From Candidatus Nomurabacteria bacterium (lineage in GTDB: Bacteria > Patescibacteriota > Minisyncoccia > Phycocordibacterales > UBA9973), in the NCBI GenBank assembly GCA_943354205.1, contig CALRBJ010000001.1, positions 1 to 48,512 on the forward strand: DNA of 48,512 nucleotides, in the 5' to 3' direction. The position numbers and the translations under genes were made by a program. The stretch's first letter is position 1. Each line of letters begins with the position of its first letter. Below the pieces are notes generated by a model. The model was not told where the DNA came from. It saw only the letters and a list, made by a program, of their open reading frames with translations, and did no database searches. This document shows positions 33,971-43,394 of the stretch, piece after piece.

Positions 33971-35167
33971 CTATTCACCTTGGAATCTGCTTTTCAACCG
34001 GAGTACCTTCTTCTCCATATATTTGTACGACAATTCGGCGAGGCTGGCGGTCAAGATGAAAGCTGAAGCGATGCAGGTGATGAATATGATAGGAGAGGAG
34101 TAGGGGAAGGATAGGCCGAAAGAGGTGGCGATGACAGCTGTGATGAGAAAGGCGATCATGTGGTAGGAATAAAGGCCATACGAGCGGCGGCCGAGGTGGG
34201 AAGGGAGCTTGAAATTCTTGGCTTTATAAAAAGAATTCTCACTCCAATTTTGCTCGGCTATGATGAGCGCAAAGAGGATGGAAAAGATAAGCGGTTCGGC
34301 CGACATGTAGAGCGCGTACCAGTTTGGATTTGAAAGATGCGCTAAAAACAGGCTGATGTATCCGCGGAAACAAATGAATGCGAGAGTTTCTAAGTAAATG
34401 AATACGATTTTAAAACGCGGAAGCTTGGTGATCCAGTTTTTAAATTTATTTGAAGAAAAAGCAAAGTAGGCGAGGGTGGCGCCGATCGAAAGATCGGACA
34501 CAGCCGAGAATGTGCTGTATTTCAGGACTTCATAATTGTAGGCATGCAGGAATTTGTAAATAAAAGAAGCGGCGACGACAGCCGAGAAAAAAAGAAAAAT
34601 TCTCCACAAATTTTTCTTTGGCAAAAAAGAAACGACCCACGGCCAGACTAGATAAAACTGCTCTTCGACCGATATGCTCCAGAGCACGGCGAGGACGAGG
34701 CTGGTGGCGCCGACGGAAGCCATGCGGAAGTTTGCTAAAAATGAAGCATAGTATTTCAAATCAGACATTCTGGCAGAGATGCCAAAAGGCAAGGTGTGTG
34801 TGAAATCAGAAAAGATATGCGGAATGACAAAAAATCCCAAAATCACAACCGCGAAATATACTGGCCAGATGCGCAAAATGCGCCGGATGTAGAAACTTTT
34901 TATATTTATTCCCCCTAGGTCCGCCCTAGGGGAAGATTCTTTTTCGGTGAGAAGGAGATAGGTGATCAAAAATCCGGAGAGCACAAAGAAAAAGCTCACA
35001 CCCAAGTCGCCGGAAGTGAGCACGTATTTCTTTAGCCAAAGGTAGGTCGCATTTCCGCCAGAGAATCCCAAGAATAAAACAGAATGAGACACAAAAACCG
35101 TCAAAAAAGCAAAAAACCGAAGCGCATCCAGATTCTCAAAGAAGGGCTTTTGATTTGATTGGGGCAT
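33971..35167 (-). CDS. Acyltransferase family 3 membrane protein (O-acyltransferase-like)
   Basis: N-terminal LDALRFFAFLTVFVSHS motif and about ten TM segments, typical of the acyltransferase_3 family. Confidence 0.85.
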   Translation of the reverse strand: MPQSNQKPFFENLDALRFFAFLTVFVSHSVLFLGFSGGNATYLWLKKYVLTSGDLGVSFFFVLSGFLITYLLLTEKESSPRADLGGINIKSFYIRRILRIWPVYFAVVILGFFVIPHIFSDFTHTLPFGISARMSDLKYYASFLANFRMASVGATSLVLAVLWSISVEEQFYLVWPWVVSFLPKKNLWRIFLFFSAVVAASFIYKFLHAYNYEVLKYSTFSAVSDLSIGATLAYFAFSSNKFKNWITKLPRFKIVFIYLETLAFICFRGYISLFLAHLSNPNWYALYMSAEPLIFSILFALIIAEQNWSENSFYKAKNFKLPSHLGRRSYGLYSYHMIAFLITAVIATSFGLSFPYSSPIIFITCIASAFILTASLAELSYKYMEKKVLRLKSRFQGE

Positions 35168-35275
35168 CTGAGGATTATAGCAAAGCTTCGTAGAGGAAAA
35201 AATTCTCGTCCCTGCGCCCTCCCTCGAGTACTCGGGTGGGAACCTCGGGCGCGAGAATTTTTTCTATCGCTTCGC

Positions 35276-35317
35276 TTTTCCTCCCCTGACAAGGGGAGGG
35301 CAGGGAGGGGTTTGATT
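35276..35317 (+). repeat. 42-bp GC-rich hairpin repeat, copy A2
   Basis: Identical to 18692-18733. Lies between the comFC stop and the acyltransferase start. Confidence 0.9.
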
Positions 35318-35322
35318 AAAAA

Positions 35323-35991
35323 TCAGTGTGCCACTGTAAACGCGTACACTTTTTTCGCACCGAATTTTTCTAAAGTTTTCTTGGCTTCGAGTAGGGTGGC
35401 GCCGGTGGTGATGACATCGTCTATTAAAATAATATTTCTGTTTTTTATTTTCTGTATTCCCTCGGGTTCAGATATCGAAAAACAATTTTTTAAATTTTCG
35501 AGGCGAATTGATCTGTCCTTTATACGAGCCTGGTTCGGAGTGTCCTTTATCTTTTTTAAAATATTTTTCTCAAGGACAAATCGTCCACCGGATGTGGCCG
35601 ACATATCGGACACATGCTCTGCAATGAGCTCTGCTTGGTTGAAACCTCTTTCTTTGTAGCGCTTTTCTGAAAGGGGGATAGGGATCAAAATAGGATCAGA
35701 AAAATTTTCGAAAGTTTTCAGGTCCGGTATTTCTTCTAAAATATTTTCATACACAATGCCGGCAAAAATTTTAGCTAACTCTTTTTTACGGCGATACTTC
35801 AGAAGCCACACGGCCTTTTTCACGATTTCTTTCTGATAATTGAGTGTGGAAAATACAAAATCATTTTCTTGTTCGCGGAAGGTCGGCAGATTTATCACGC
35901 AATCGCTGCACAAAATAACCCCCGCTTTGTGGCATCCGAGGCATCGCTCAGGAAATAGAAAATCCAAAATAGTATCTAGGAAATAAGGCAT
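35323..35991 (-). CDS. comFC: ComF family protein (ComFC-type phosphoribosyltransferase-like competence protein)
   Basis: N-terminal zinc-finger-like region LFPERCLGC.......C..C and PRTase motif IILIDDVITTGATL. Confidence 0.88.
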   Translation of the reverse strand: MPYFLDTILDFLFPERCLGCHKAGVILCSDCVINLPTFREQENDFVFSTLNYQKEIVKKAVWLLKYRRKKELAKIFAGIVYENILEEIPDLKTFENFSDPILIPIPLSEKRYKERGFNQAELIAEHVSDMSATSGGRFVLEKNILKKIKDTPNQARIKDRSIRLENLKNCFSISEPEGIQKIKNRNIILIDDVITTGATLLEAKKTLEKFGAKKVYAFTVAH

Positions 35992-36016
35992 GTGGTGTTT
36001 TTTATATTGAGCTCTG

Positions 36017-36025
36017 TGCTATAAT
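36017..36025 (+). promoter_or_regulatory. Extended -10 box TGCTATAAT upstream of pilM (second TATAAT at 36035-36040)
   Basis: Read directly in the comFC/pilM divergent intergenic region. Confidence 0.4.
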
Positions 36026-36048
36026 TACGCTAATTATAATCTAAAAGA

Positions 36049-37152
36049 ATGGGAAATCCTCTACAAAATATCATAGGCAAATTCCAAGGCATGTTTAAGG
36101 GCGCTCCGGGCACGAGTGTGGTCGGTATCGACATCGGTTCTTCGGCCATAAAGGTCGTCCAGCTCAAGAAAAAGGGCGGCAAAGCCCTGCTCGAAACATA
36201 CGGCGCGATCTCGCTCGGGCCATACGCTGGCACCGACCTCGGCACAGTCACTAATCTATCAGCGGAAAAGATCTCCTCTGCCCTCAAGGATTTACTAAAA
36301 GAATCTACTGTCACTACCACCGATGCGGCACTCTCGATCCCTTCTTCAGCCAGTTTGATTTTCATGGTAGATATTCCCCCACAGGTAGAAGAAAAAGATT
36401 ATCCAAGCATCATTCCGATCGAGGCCCGCAAATATATTCCAGTGCCTATCTCCGAAGTTTCTCTCGACTGGTGGGCAGTGCCAAAGAGGGAAGACATCGA
36501 GGGTGGTGGCGACGGCAAGAATCAAGTCTTGGTCGTGGCTATTCAAAACGACATCATCACAAAATATCGCGAAGTGGCGAAATCAGCCGATATAAATTCC
36601 ACTTTTTACGAAATAGAAGTTTTCTCGGCCATCCGCGCAAACTTTGGCCACGAGCTTTCCTCGGTCCTCCTTTTCGATATGGGCGCTTCTAAAACCAAAC
36701 TCACCATCATGGACTATGGCGTGGTTAGAACTTTCCACACCGTCAGTCGTGGAAGCCAAGACATCTCAAACAGTATATCTGCTTCCTTGTCTATTCCTTT
36801 TGCTTCCGCCGAGCAGATGAAAAGAGATTTTGGTTTAGCAGGAGGCTCTGATCCAAAGCTTCCCGAGCTCATCCGTCTATCCACAGATTTTATTTTTTCG
36901 GAGGCAAATTCTGTGGTGCTTAATTATGAAAAGAAGTATAATAAAACTATCAGCAAAGTCATACTCTCTGGTGGAGGAGTACTGATGAAAGGATTTTTAG
37001 ATTTGGCAAAAGCAAATTTTAAATCCGAAGTCGTAGAAGGCAATCCATTTGACAAAGTCGTAGCGCCGGCATTTTTAGAACCAGTGCTTGCATCAGCCGG
37101 TCCAGAATTCGGTGTGGCGCTCGGGCTCGCGCTTCGCAAATTAGAATCATAA
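36049..37152 (+). CDS. pilM: Type IV pilus assembly protein PilM (actin-like ATPase fold)
   Basis: VVGIDIGSSAIKVVQL.KK is the N-terminal phosphate-1 motif. 367 aa. First gene of the pilMNO block. Confidence 0.88.
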   Translation: MGNPLQNIIGKFQGMFKGAPGTSVVGIDIGSSAIKVVQLKKKGGKALLETYGAISLGPYAGTDLGTVTNLSAEKISSALKDLLKESTVTTTDAALSIPSSASLIFMVDIPPQVEEKDYPSIIPIEARKYIPVPISEVSLDWWAVPKREDIEGGGDGKNQVLVVAIQNDIITKYREVAKSADINSTFYEIEVFSAIRANFGHELSSVLLFDMGASKTKLTIMDYGVVRTFHTVSRGSQDISNSISASLSIPFASAEQMKRDFGLAGGSDPKLPELIRLSTDFIFSEANSVVLNYEKKYNKTISKVILSGGGVLMKGFLDLAKANFKSEVVEGNPFDKVVAPAFLEPVLASAGPEFGVALGLALRKLES

Positions 37153-37187
37153 ATAAAAATATATGGACCTAGAAGGATAAACAAAAA

Positions 37188-37790
37188 ATGGACAATAATT
37201 TTCAAACATCTTTTATACCTAAAAAACCTCTAGCCACCGAGCGCGCAGCCCCGGTGCGCCATGTGTCTGTGGCCACCCTCATCGCCACGGTCATATTTTT
37301 CGCCTCTCTCGCTTCGCTAGCCGGAGTGTATCTTTATAAATCTGTTTTGACTAAAACGATTGCTTCACAATCAGCCGATTTGGCTCGCGCCAAAGCTGCC
37401 TTTGAGCCATCGCTCATCACTGTACTCCAAAATCTCGATCGTCGGATAAATTCCGGAGAAGAAATCTTGGGCAAACATATCGTGGTCTCGCCGATCTTTT
37501 CCGCCCTCTCTGAGCTGACACTTAAATCCATTCGCTTTACAAAATTCTCCTATTCCATAACCGAAAATCCACACAAGGTATCAGTGATCATGTCAGGCAC
37601 TGCCGCCTCCTATAAAGCCATCGCTCTTCAAGCCGACGCGCTGACTCAAAATAAATATATTCTAGACCCTCTATTTTCAAATTTGTCGCTCGATGAAAAA
37701 GGCAATGTTTCCTTTGATTTGAATTTTTCAGTCGATCCATCGCTGGTGTCGTACGGCGAGTCTTTAAATCGTATGAATAATCCACAATAA
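37188..37790 (+). CDS. pilN: PilN-like bitopic pilus alignment protein
   Basis: Single N-terminal TM helix (VATLIATVIFFASLASLAGVYLY), coiled-coil then ferredoxin-like region. Position is after pilM. Confidence 0.65.
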   Translation: MDNNFQTSFIPKKPLATERAAPVRHVSVATLIATVIFFASLASLAGVYLYKSVLTKTIASQSADLARAKAAFEPSLITVLQNLDRRINSGEEILGKHIVVSPIFSALSELTLKSIRFTKFSYSITENPHKVSVIMSGTAASYKAIALQADALTQNKYILDPLFSNLSLDEKGNVSFDLNFSVDPSLVSYGESLNRMNNPQ

Positions 37791-37794
37791 ATTT

Positions 37795-38385
37795 ATGACC
37801 AGATACATACTACCAGCAATACTTCTCATCGCATCTATCGGTTCTTTTTTCTTGGTTACAAATCCGATGTATGCTAGTTTGCGCACTTTAAAAACTCAAA
37901 GCCAAGCATATAGCGATGCGTTGACCAATTCTAAAAAGCTCCAATCTGTGCGCGACCAACTAAATGCTCGCTACTCCGGATTCGATCCAGCTTCACTCGA
38001 GCGCTTGAATAAATTGCTTCCAGACAATCCAGACAATATAAAGATGATTATTGAGATAGAAAATATCGCCACTCCATACGGCATGATTTTAAAAAATGTG
38101 AAATTCGACGCTCCAAAGAAAAAGACCGCAGAGAGCGGATTTGTGACTGGTACGACTGACGATCTAGCCACTGCCAGCAAAGACTACGGTATTTTCAATT
38201 TGGAATTCTCCACCACCGGCACGTACAATAATTTCCAAAATTTCTTGAAAGATTTGGAAAAGAGCTTGCGCATTATCGACATCAGCTCCATAGCGTTCAC
38301 TTCGGTGGATAGCGCTACTGCAAATGGTGTGTCTGATGTGTACAAATATGATTTTAAAATTAAGACTTACTGGTTAAAAAATTAG
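37795..38385 (+). CDS. pilO: PilO-like bitopic pilus alignment protein
   Basis: N-terminal TM helix, then a coiled-coil (LRTLKTQSQAYSDAL...). Position is after the pilN-like gene. Ends TAG. Confidence 0.65.
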   Translation: MTRYILPAILLIASIGSFFLVTNPMYASLRTLKTQSQAYSDALTNSKKLQSVRDQLNARYSGFDPASLERLNKLLPDNPDNIKMIIEIENIATPYGMILKNVKFDAPKKKTAESGFVTGTTDDLATASKDYGIFNLEFSTTGTYNNFQNFLKDLEKSLRIIDISSIAFTSVDSATANGVSDVYKYDFKIKTYWLKN

Positions 38386-38796
38386 ATGAAAAAATTAATC
38401 AAAAAAATAATAATAGGAGTGGTCATACTGGTGGTAGGCATCGTCGTTTACAACTTTATCTTCAAAAAGGAATCAGCTCCGGCTGTCGGCCTCACTTCTT
38501 CCAACCCTGCGCCAACGAGCGCAGAATCTCCACTGCCCGAGGGGGATAGCGTGGTGGGAGCTCAATTCCTGTCTATACTTTTAAATTTAAAAAACATAAA
38601 GCTCGATGATTCGCTATTTGCCAGCCCAACTTTTTCTGGACTGCAAGACTTTACGATAAACCTAGTCCAAGAAGGGAATCAAGGACGCAACAACCCCTTT
38701 GCACCACTTGGCGTAGACCCATCTCTTCCAAATCCTGCAGTACCTCCAACTAGCGGGACAAACACTCCTCCAGCCACTGTTCCTAGTACGCACTAA
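38386..38796 (+). CDS. Membrane-anchored protein with a Pro/Thr-rich tail (possible PilP-like accessory)
   Basis: N-terminal TM helix IIIGVVILVVGIVVY. GRNNPFAPL motif resembles the R.(D/N)PF motif I recall in PilP-type proteins. Start abuts the pilO stop. Confidence 0.55.
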   Translation: MKKLIKKIIIGVVILVVGIVVYNFIFKKESAPAVGLTSSNPAPTSAESPLPEGDSVVGAQFLSILLNLKNIKLDDSLFASPTFSGLQDFTINLVQEGNQGRNNPFAPLGVDPSLPNPAVPPTSGTNTPPATVPSTH

Positions 38797-38808
38797 AATA
38801 AATAAAAT

Positions 38809-40218
38809 ATGAGTTTTTTAGATCAACTAAAAGGAAAAGGAATCTTGAGCGAAGAGCAGATTCCTCAAATTGAAGCGCTGTCTACCCAAAAATTTGGCGG
38901 GAGTATTGATGATGCGCTCGCTTCCATCGGCATAAAAGAAGAAGACATTTTAAAAAACAAAAGCGAGTATTACAATCTGCCGACCAAATCGATCGATCCG
39001 AAAAGCATTTCTTTCGATGTACTTAAATATATTCCCGAGGATTCGGCCACGCACTATGCCTTTGCTCCGATTGGAATAAAGGATCATGTGCTCGAAGTGG
39101 GCGTGACACAGCCAGAAAATATCGAGGCTATGGATGCGCTCCAGTTCATCGCAGGCTCGATGGGTATGCCCTACAAACTTTTCCTGATTTCAAATAGCGA
39201 TTTGAAAGTGATTTTGGGCAATTATAAAGGCCTCTCTGGCGAAGTAGACAAAGCTCTTTCGGATTTCGATACGACTGATATTTCTGAAAGCGAAGCGCGC
39301 GAGATCACCGACAAAGCTAAGAATCCGCAAGACAAATTGAAACCGGGCGAGGAAGAAAAGATAGTCGAAGATGCGCCGATCATAAAGATAGTGGCGGTGA
39401 TCATTCGTCATGCCATCGAAGGTATGGCTTCTGATATACACATCGAAAATACAGGAGAGAAGGTAAAAGTGCGTTATCGCGTGGATGGCATACTGCATAC
39501 TTCGCTGGTATTGCCGATGAATGTGTATTCGGGCATCGTGGCGCGCATAAAGATTTTGGCCAAAATGCGCCTCGATGAAAAACGCAAACCGCAAGATGGT
39601 GGCATCACTACTATTATAGACGGCAGAAAAATTGATTTTCGCGTTTCTACCTTGCCGACGGCTTATGGGGAAAAGGTAGTGATGCGTATCTTGGATAGCG
39701 ACCGCGGGGTGCGCGCTCTAAACGAGCTCGGCATGTCGGAAGAAAATCTAGAATTAGTGCGTGAAGGCATGAACAAGCCATACGGACTTATACTGATCAC
39801 TGGTCCGACTGGTTCGGGTAAAACTACCACTCTCTACTCGATGCTAAAAGAAATGGATCGTGAGAAATACAATGTAGTCTCGCTCGAAGATCCGGTGGAA
39901 TACCATATTCCCGATGTGGCCCAATCCCAAGTTATGCCCGAGATCGGCTATACCTTTGCCGCCGGTTTGCGTTCTATTCTCCGTCAAGATCCCGATATCA
40001 TATTGGTTGGAGAAATTCGTGATAAAGAAACTGCCCAGCTGGCGATACAAGCCGCGCTCACCGGCCACCTAGTGCTTGCCACTTTGCACACGAACAATGC
40101 CATCGGCGCTGTGCCTCGCTTGGTAGACATGGGAGTGGATCCGTATTTGATCGCGCCGACTTTAATTCTCGCTATCGCTCAGCGTTTGGTACGCACTATT
40201 TGCCCGACTGGTAAATAG
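38809..40218 (+). CDS. pilB: PilB/GspE-family pilus extension ATPase, N-terminal 469-aa fragment ending at an in-frame TAG
   Basis: Walker A GPTGSGKTTT. Asp box VSLEDPVEY. Walker B PDIILVGEIRD. His box LTGHLVLATLHTNNA. The ORF stops at TAG 40216-40218 within ...RLVRTICPTGK*. Confidence 0.9.
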   Translation: MSFLDQLKGKGILSEEQIPQIEALSTQKFGGSIDDALASIGIKEEDILKNKSEYYNLPTKSIDPKSISFDVLKYIPEDSATHYAFAPIGIKDHVLEVGVTQPENIEAMDALQFIAGSMGMPYKLFLISNSDLKVILGNYKGLSGEVDKALSDFDTTDISESEAREITDKAKNPQDKLKPGEEEKIVEDAPIIKIVAVIIRHAIEGMASDIHIENTGEKVKVRYRVDGILHTSLVLPMNVYSGIVARIKILAKMRLDEKRKPQDGGITTIIDGRKIDFRVSTLPTAYGEKVVMRILDSDRGVRALNELGMSEENLELVREGMNKPYGLILITGPTGSGKTTTLYSMLKEMDREKYNVVSLEDPVEYHIPDVAQSQVMPEIGYTFAAGLRSILRQDPDIILVGEIRDKETAQLAIQAALTGHLVLATLHTNNAIGAVPRLVDMGVDPYLIAPTLILAIAQRLVRTICPTGK

Positions 40219-40221
40219 GCC

Positions 40222-40635
40222 GTGGCTATAGACGTCGCCGCAATGAAGATGATCGACAAGCAATTCGCCGATTTGCCCGCCAAATTTAAAAAGAAATTGC
40301 CGATCGGCAAAGATATGTATGAGCCAGTAGCCACTTCCGACTGCCCAAGTGGCTTGCGTGGTCGTATGCCAGTATTTGAAATGTTTAAAATAGACAAGGA
40401 AATCCAGAGTATTATTTTGAAAAATCCAGTAGAAGGAGAGATTTATAAAGTAGCCCGCGAGCATGGCATGCTCACTATGGCCGAGGATGCATTGGTAAAG
40501 AACTTGCAGGGCCTCGTACCATTCCAAGAAGTGTACAACCTAGGCTGGGAAGGGGGAGAGGATGATACTGTACCATCCGATTCCGACTCAATGGTCCAAA
40601 CAAAAAAAGTGGAAGATGTAGAAGGTAGTGTATAA
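40222..40635 (+). CDS. pilB: PilB C-terminal fragment, same reading frame, resumes one codon after the TAG
   Basis: CPSGLRGRMPVFEMF corresponds to the C..C...GY.GR.G.FE region of GspE/PilB C-domains. Frame identity verified codon by codon (TGC CCG ACT GGT AAA TAG GCC GTG). Confidence 0.8.
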   Translation: MAIDVAAMKMIDKQFADLPAKFKKKLPIGKDMYEPVATSDCPSGLRGRMPVFEMFKIDKEIQSIILKNPVEGEIYKVAREHGMLTMAEDALVKNLQGLVPFQEVYNLGWEGGEDDTVPSDSDSMVQTKKVEDVEGSV

Positions 40636-40644
40636 TATAGTCAT

Positions 40645-41037
40645 ATGGCTGAAACCAAGAAAAAAATCTTAATAATCGACGATGATAGCTTCCTCCTCGA
40701 TATGTATGCGCTCAAATTTACCCAGAGCGGTTTTGAGGTAGATACTGCGCTCGGGAGCGAGATCGCTTTGCAAAAACTCCAAGAAGGCGCCAAGCCAGAC
40801 ATTATTTTAATGGATATTTTAATGCCGGTTATGGATGGTTTCCAACTTTTGGAGAAAATAAATTCTGAAAAAATTTGCACCGCTTCATGCAAAATTATTC
40901 TTTCCAATCGTGGACAACAAGAAGATATCGAGCGTGGAAAAGAGCTCGGTGCTGACGGTTACATCATAAAGGCCAATGCCACTCCGGCTGAAGTCATCAC
41001 CCAAGTGACGGATATTTTAAATAAGAAAGGAAAATAA
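40645..41037 (+). CDS. Receiver-only (CheY-like) response regulator embedded between pilB and pilT
   Basis: KKILIIDDD, DIILMDILMPVMDG, ILSN, IIKAN. Paralogous in pattern to 32673-33038. Confidence 0.9.
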   Translation: MAETKKKILIIDDDSFLLDMYALKFTQSGFEVDTALGSEIALQKLQEGAKPDIILMDILMPVMDGFQLLEKINSEKICTASCKIILSNRGQQEDIERGKELGADGYIIKANATPAEVITQVTDILNKKGK

Positions 41038-41049
41038 TAAAATAAAAAT

Positions 41050-42111
41050 ATGGACTACAAAAAAGAAATCGAAGGTTTGATAGAGGCGGTGATAAATGAA
41101 AAGGGTTCAGACCTACATATTTCAGCTGGGCGCTCTCCGGCTATCCGTGTATCCGGTCAGCTGATCACACTCGTAAAGCATGAGCCGATGACCCAAGACG
41201 ACATGAAGGGTCTTTTAACCGAGATGATCGGCAAGGAAAGCACGGCTAAATTTTTAGAGCGCCAAGAAGCGGACTTCGCTTACAACTACAAAGGCGGAGA
41301 GGCGCGCTTGCGTGGAAATGCTTTTATCCACAAGGGGCAGATAGCCGTGGCTATGCGCCTGATACCAAAAGTAAAATCTTTATCTGAATTGAATTTACCC
41401 CAAGTTCTAGAAACATTTGCTCGTCGCAAGCAAGGATTTTTCCTCATCGTGGGTCCGGTAGGGCAGGGTAAATCCACCACTATGGCGGCCATGATCGACC
41501 TTATCAATCACGAGCGCGCCGAACACATCGTGACCATCGAAGATCCAGTGGAGTATCTTTTTGAACCGGCAAAGTCACTCATCGACCAGCGTGATGTGGG
41601 TATAGACACAAAGGATTTTAGCTCTGGACTCAAATCTATTTTCCGTGAGGATGTGAATGTGATCATGGTGGGGGAGATGCGCTCTCCGGAGACTATTGCA
41701 ACTGCGGTTACTGCTGCCGAGACCGGGCACTTGGTTTTCTCTACCTTGCATACGAACAATGCTTCGCAGACTATCGATCGCATCATCGATTCTTTCCCTC
41801 CGGAACAACAAGACCAAATCCGCGTCCAACTATCGGGTTCTTTGATCGGCATTCTTTCCCAAAGATTGGTGCCTCGCATCACCGGTGGGCGCGTGCCAGC
41901 GTATGAGCTTTTGATAAACAACAATGCCGTGGCCAATTTGATCCGTGAAAAGCGCACGCATGAGATCGATGTGGTCATCGAGACCGGCATGGGCGAGGGT
42001 ATGATCGATATGAATCGCTCTCTTCTAGAGCTCGTGCAAAAAGGCGAAATCACGATTGAAAACGCCTACCTTTATTCATTTAATCCAAAAGCGCTTGAAC
42101 GCTTAGTGTAA
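41050..42111 (+). CDS. pilT: PilT-family twitching-motility/retraction ATPase
   Basis: GSDLHISAGRSPAIRVSG.L, Walker A GPVGQGKSTT, TIEDPVEY, VIMVGEMR, ETGHLVFSTLHTNNA. 353 aa. Confidence 0.93.
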   Translation: MDYKKEIEGLIEAVINEKGSDLHISAGRSPAIRVSGQLITLVKHEPMTQDDMKGLLTEMIGKESTAKFLERQEADFAYNYKGGEARLRGNAFIHKGQIAVAMRLIPKVKSLSELNLPQVLETFARRKQGFFLIVGPVGQGKSTTMAAMIDLINHERAEHIVTIEDPVEYLFEPAKSLIDQRDVGIDTKDFSSGLKSIFREDVNVIMVGEMRSPETIATAVTAAETGHLVFSTLHTNNASQTIDRIIDSFPPEQQDQIRVQLSGSLIGILSQRLVPRITGGRVPAYELLINNNAVANLIREKRTHEIDVVIETGMGEGMIDMNRSLLELVQKGEITIENAYLYSFNPKALERLV

Positions 42112-42115
42112 CAAT

Positions 42116-43324
42116 ATGCCACTTTTTAAATACAAAGCAGTAGATGACAAAGGAGTAAAACGCGAAGGCTCGGTCGATGCGGTAAATAAAGACTTGGCCA
42201 TTTCTGCTCTGCAAAAAAGAGCTCTCGTGGTGGTTTCTATAGACGATGCTGACAAAAAACCCCTCCTGCAAATGGCAGTCTTTGAACATGTAAAGACCAA
42301 AGACATCGTCATCCTCTCCCGCCAAATCTCCACCCTTTTCGAAGCTCAAGTATCCGCGCTCAAAGCTTTTTCACTTTTGGCGGGTAATTCTGAAAATAAA
42401 TTGCTTTCTAAAAAGCTCACCGAAGTGGTGGATGATTTGCAGGCCGGATTTTCTATTTCAGGCGCTCTCGCCAAACACCCCGATGTTTTCTCAAACTTTT
42501 ATATAAACATGGTCAAAGCCGGCGAAGAGTCGGGCAAGTTAACACAGACATTCAATTTCTTGGCTGACTATCTCGATCGTCAGTATGCGCTCACTTCCAA
42601 AACTAAAAACGCTCTTATTTATCCAGCTTTTGTGATCGCCACCTTTTTTGTGGTCATGGGGCTTATGTTTACTATAGTCATTCCAAAGCTCTCTGCCATC
42701 ATCGTCGACTCTGGCCAGACTGTGCCTTTGTATACAAAGGTCGTCATCGGACTTTCCAATTTCTTTGTGCACTACGGTATTTTCATTCTGATCTTGATCA
42801 TAGTTTTTGGCTTTTATCTCTGGCGTCTTTCCAAAAGCCAGTCTGGTAAAACATATTTGGACGGGGTCAAGATTTCTTTTCCGGCTGTCGGCAAACTTTT
42901 TACCAAGCTCTACCTTTCGCGCATCGCCGACAATCTCGACACCATGCTCTCGGCTGGTATCCCTATCGTGCGCGCTATCGAAATCACCGGTGCGGTGGTG
43001 GGCAATAAAGTCTACGAAGATGTTATGAAGCAAGCTGAAGAAGATGTAAAGTCTGGTCTCTCGCTGTCCTCTGCTTTCGAGAAAAATCATGAAGTCATTC
43101 CCGGCATCATGGTCCAAATGGTAAAAGTGGGCGAAGAAACTGGCTCTCTCGGCCAAATATTGAAAACTCTCGCCAATTTTTATAAAAGGGAAGTCGACGA
43201 TGCGGTGGATACCCTCGTGGGCTTGATCGAACCGATCATGATTGTGGCGCTCGGCTTGGGTGTCGGCGTACTTTTGACCTCTGTGCTTGTACCTATCTAC
43301 AATATTGCGGGAGGGATACAGTAA
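42116..43324 (+). CDS. pilC: PilC / GspF-family platform protein
   Basis: MPLFKYKA.D..G. Two GspF repeats (LSRQISTLFEAQVS, LSRIADNLDTMLSAGIPIV) and three TM segments. Confidence 0.93.
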   Translation: MPLFKYKAVDDKGVKREGSVDAVNKDLAISALQKRALVVVSIDDADKKPLLQMAVFEHVKTKDIVILSRQISTLFEAQVSALKAFSLLAGNSENKLLSKKLTEVVDDLQAGFSISGALAKHPDVFSNFYINMVKAGEESGKLTQTFNFLADYLDRQYALTSKTKNALIYPAFVIATFFVVMGLMFTIVIPKLSAIIVDSGQTVPLYTKVVIGLSNFFVHYGIFILILIIVFGFYLWRLSKSQSGKTYLDGVKISFPAVGKLFTKLYLSRIADNLDTMLSAGIPIVRAIEITGAVVGNKVYEDVMKQAEEDVKSGLSLSSAFEKNHEVIPGIMVQMVKVGEETGSLGQILKTLANFYKREVDDAVDTLVGLIEPIMIVALGLGVGVLLTSVLVPIYNIAGGIQ

Positions 43325-43366
43325 ATCTAAAACCCCTACCCGGAAATTTTCTAAAAAAATTTACCG

Positions 43367-43394
43367 ACCTCCCCCTTTGTAGGGGGAGGTTTTG
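43367..43394 (+). terminator. Terminator-like GC-rich hairpin after pilC
   Basis: ACCTCCCCCT-TTGT-AGGGGGAGGT 10-bp stem followed by TTTGCTT. Belongs to the C-arm/G-arm hairpin family. Confidence 0.55.

Noticed and set aside
35159-35659. 166-aa plus-strand ORF spanning the acyltransferase start, the 42-bp repeat and the comFC 3' end
   Set aside because: It overlaps two well-supported minus-strand genes. It reads through the GC-rich repeat (giving the SPDKGRAGRG peptide), which is an artefact of the repeat.
40216-40218. TAG reassignment (amber recoding) as the explanation for the pilB in-frame stop
   Set aside because: TAG terminates secY (11323-11325), adk, map and the pilO-like gene at positions consistent with full-length products. 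A genome-wide sense reassignment is therefore not supported. Local readthrough cannot be excluded.
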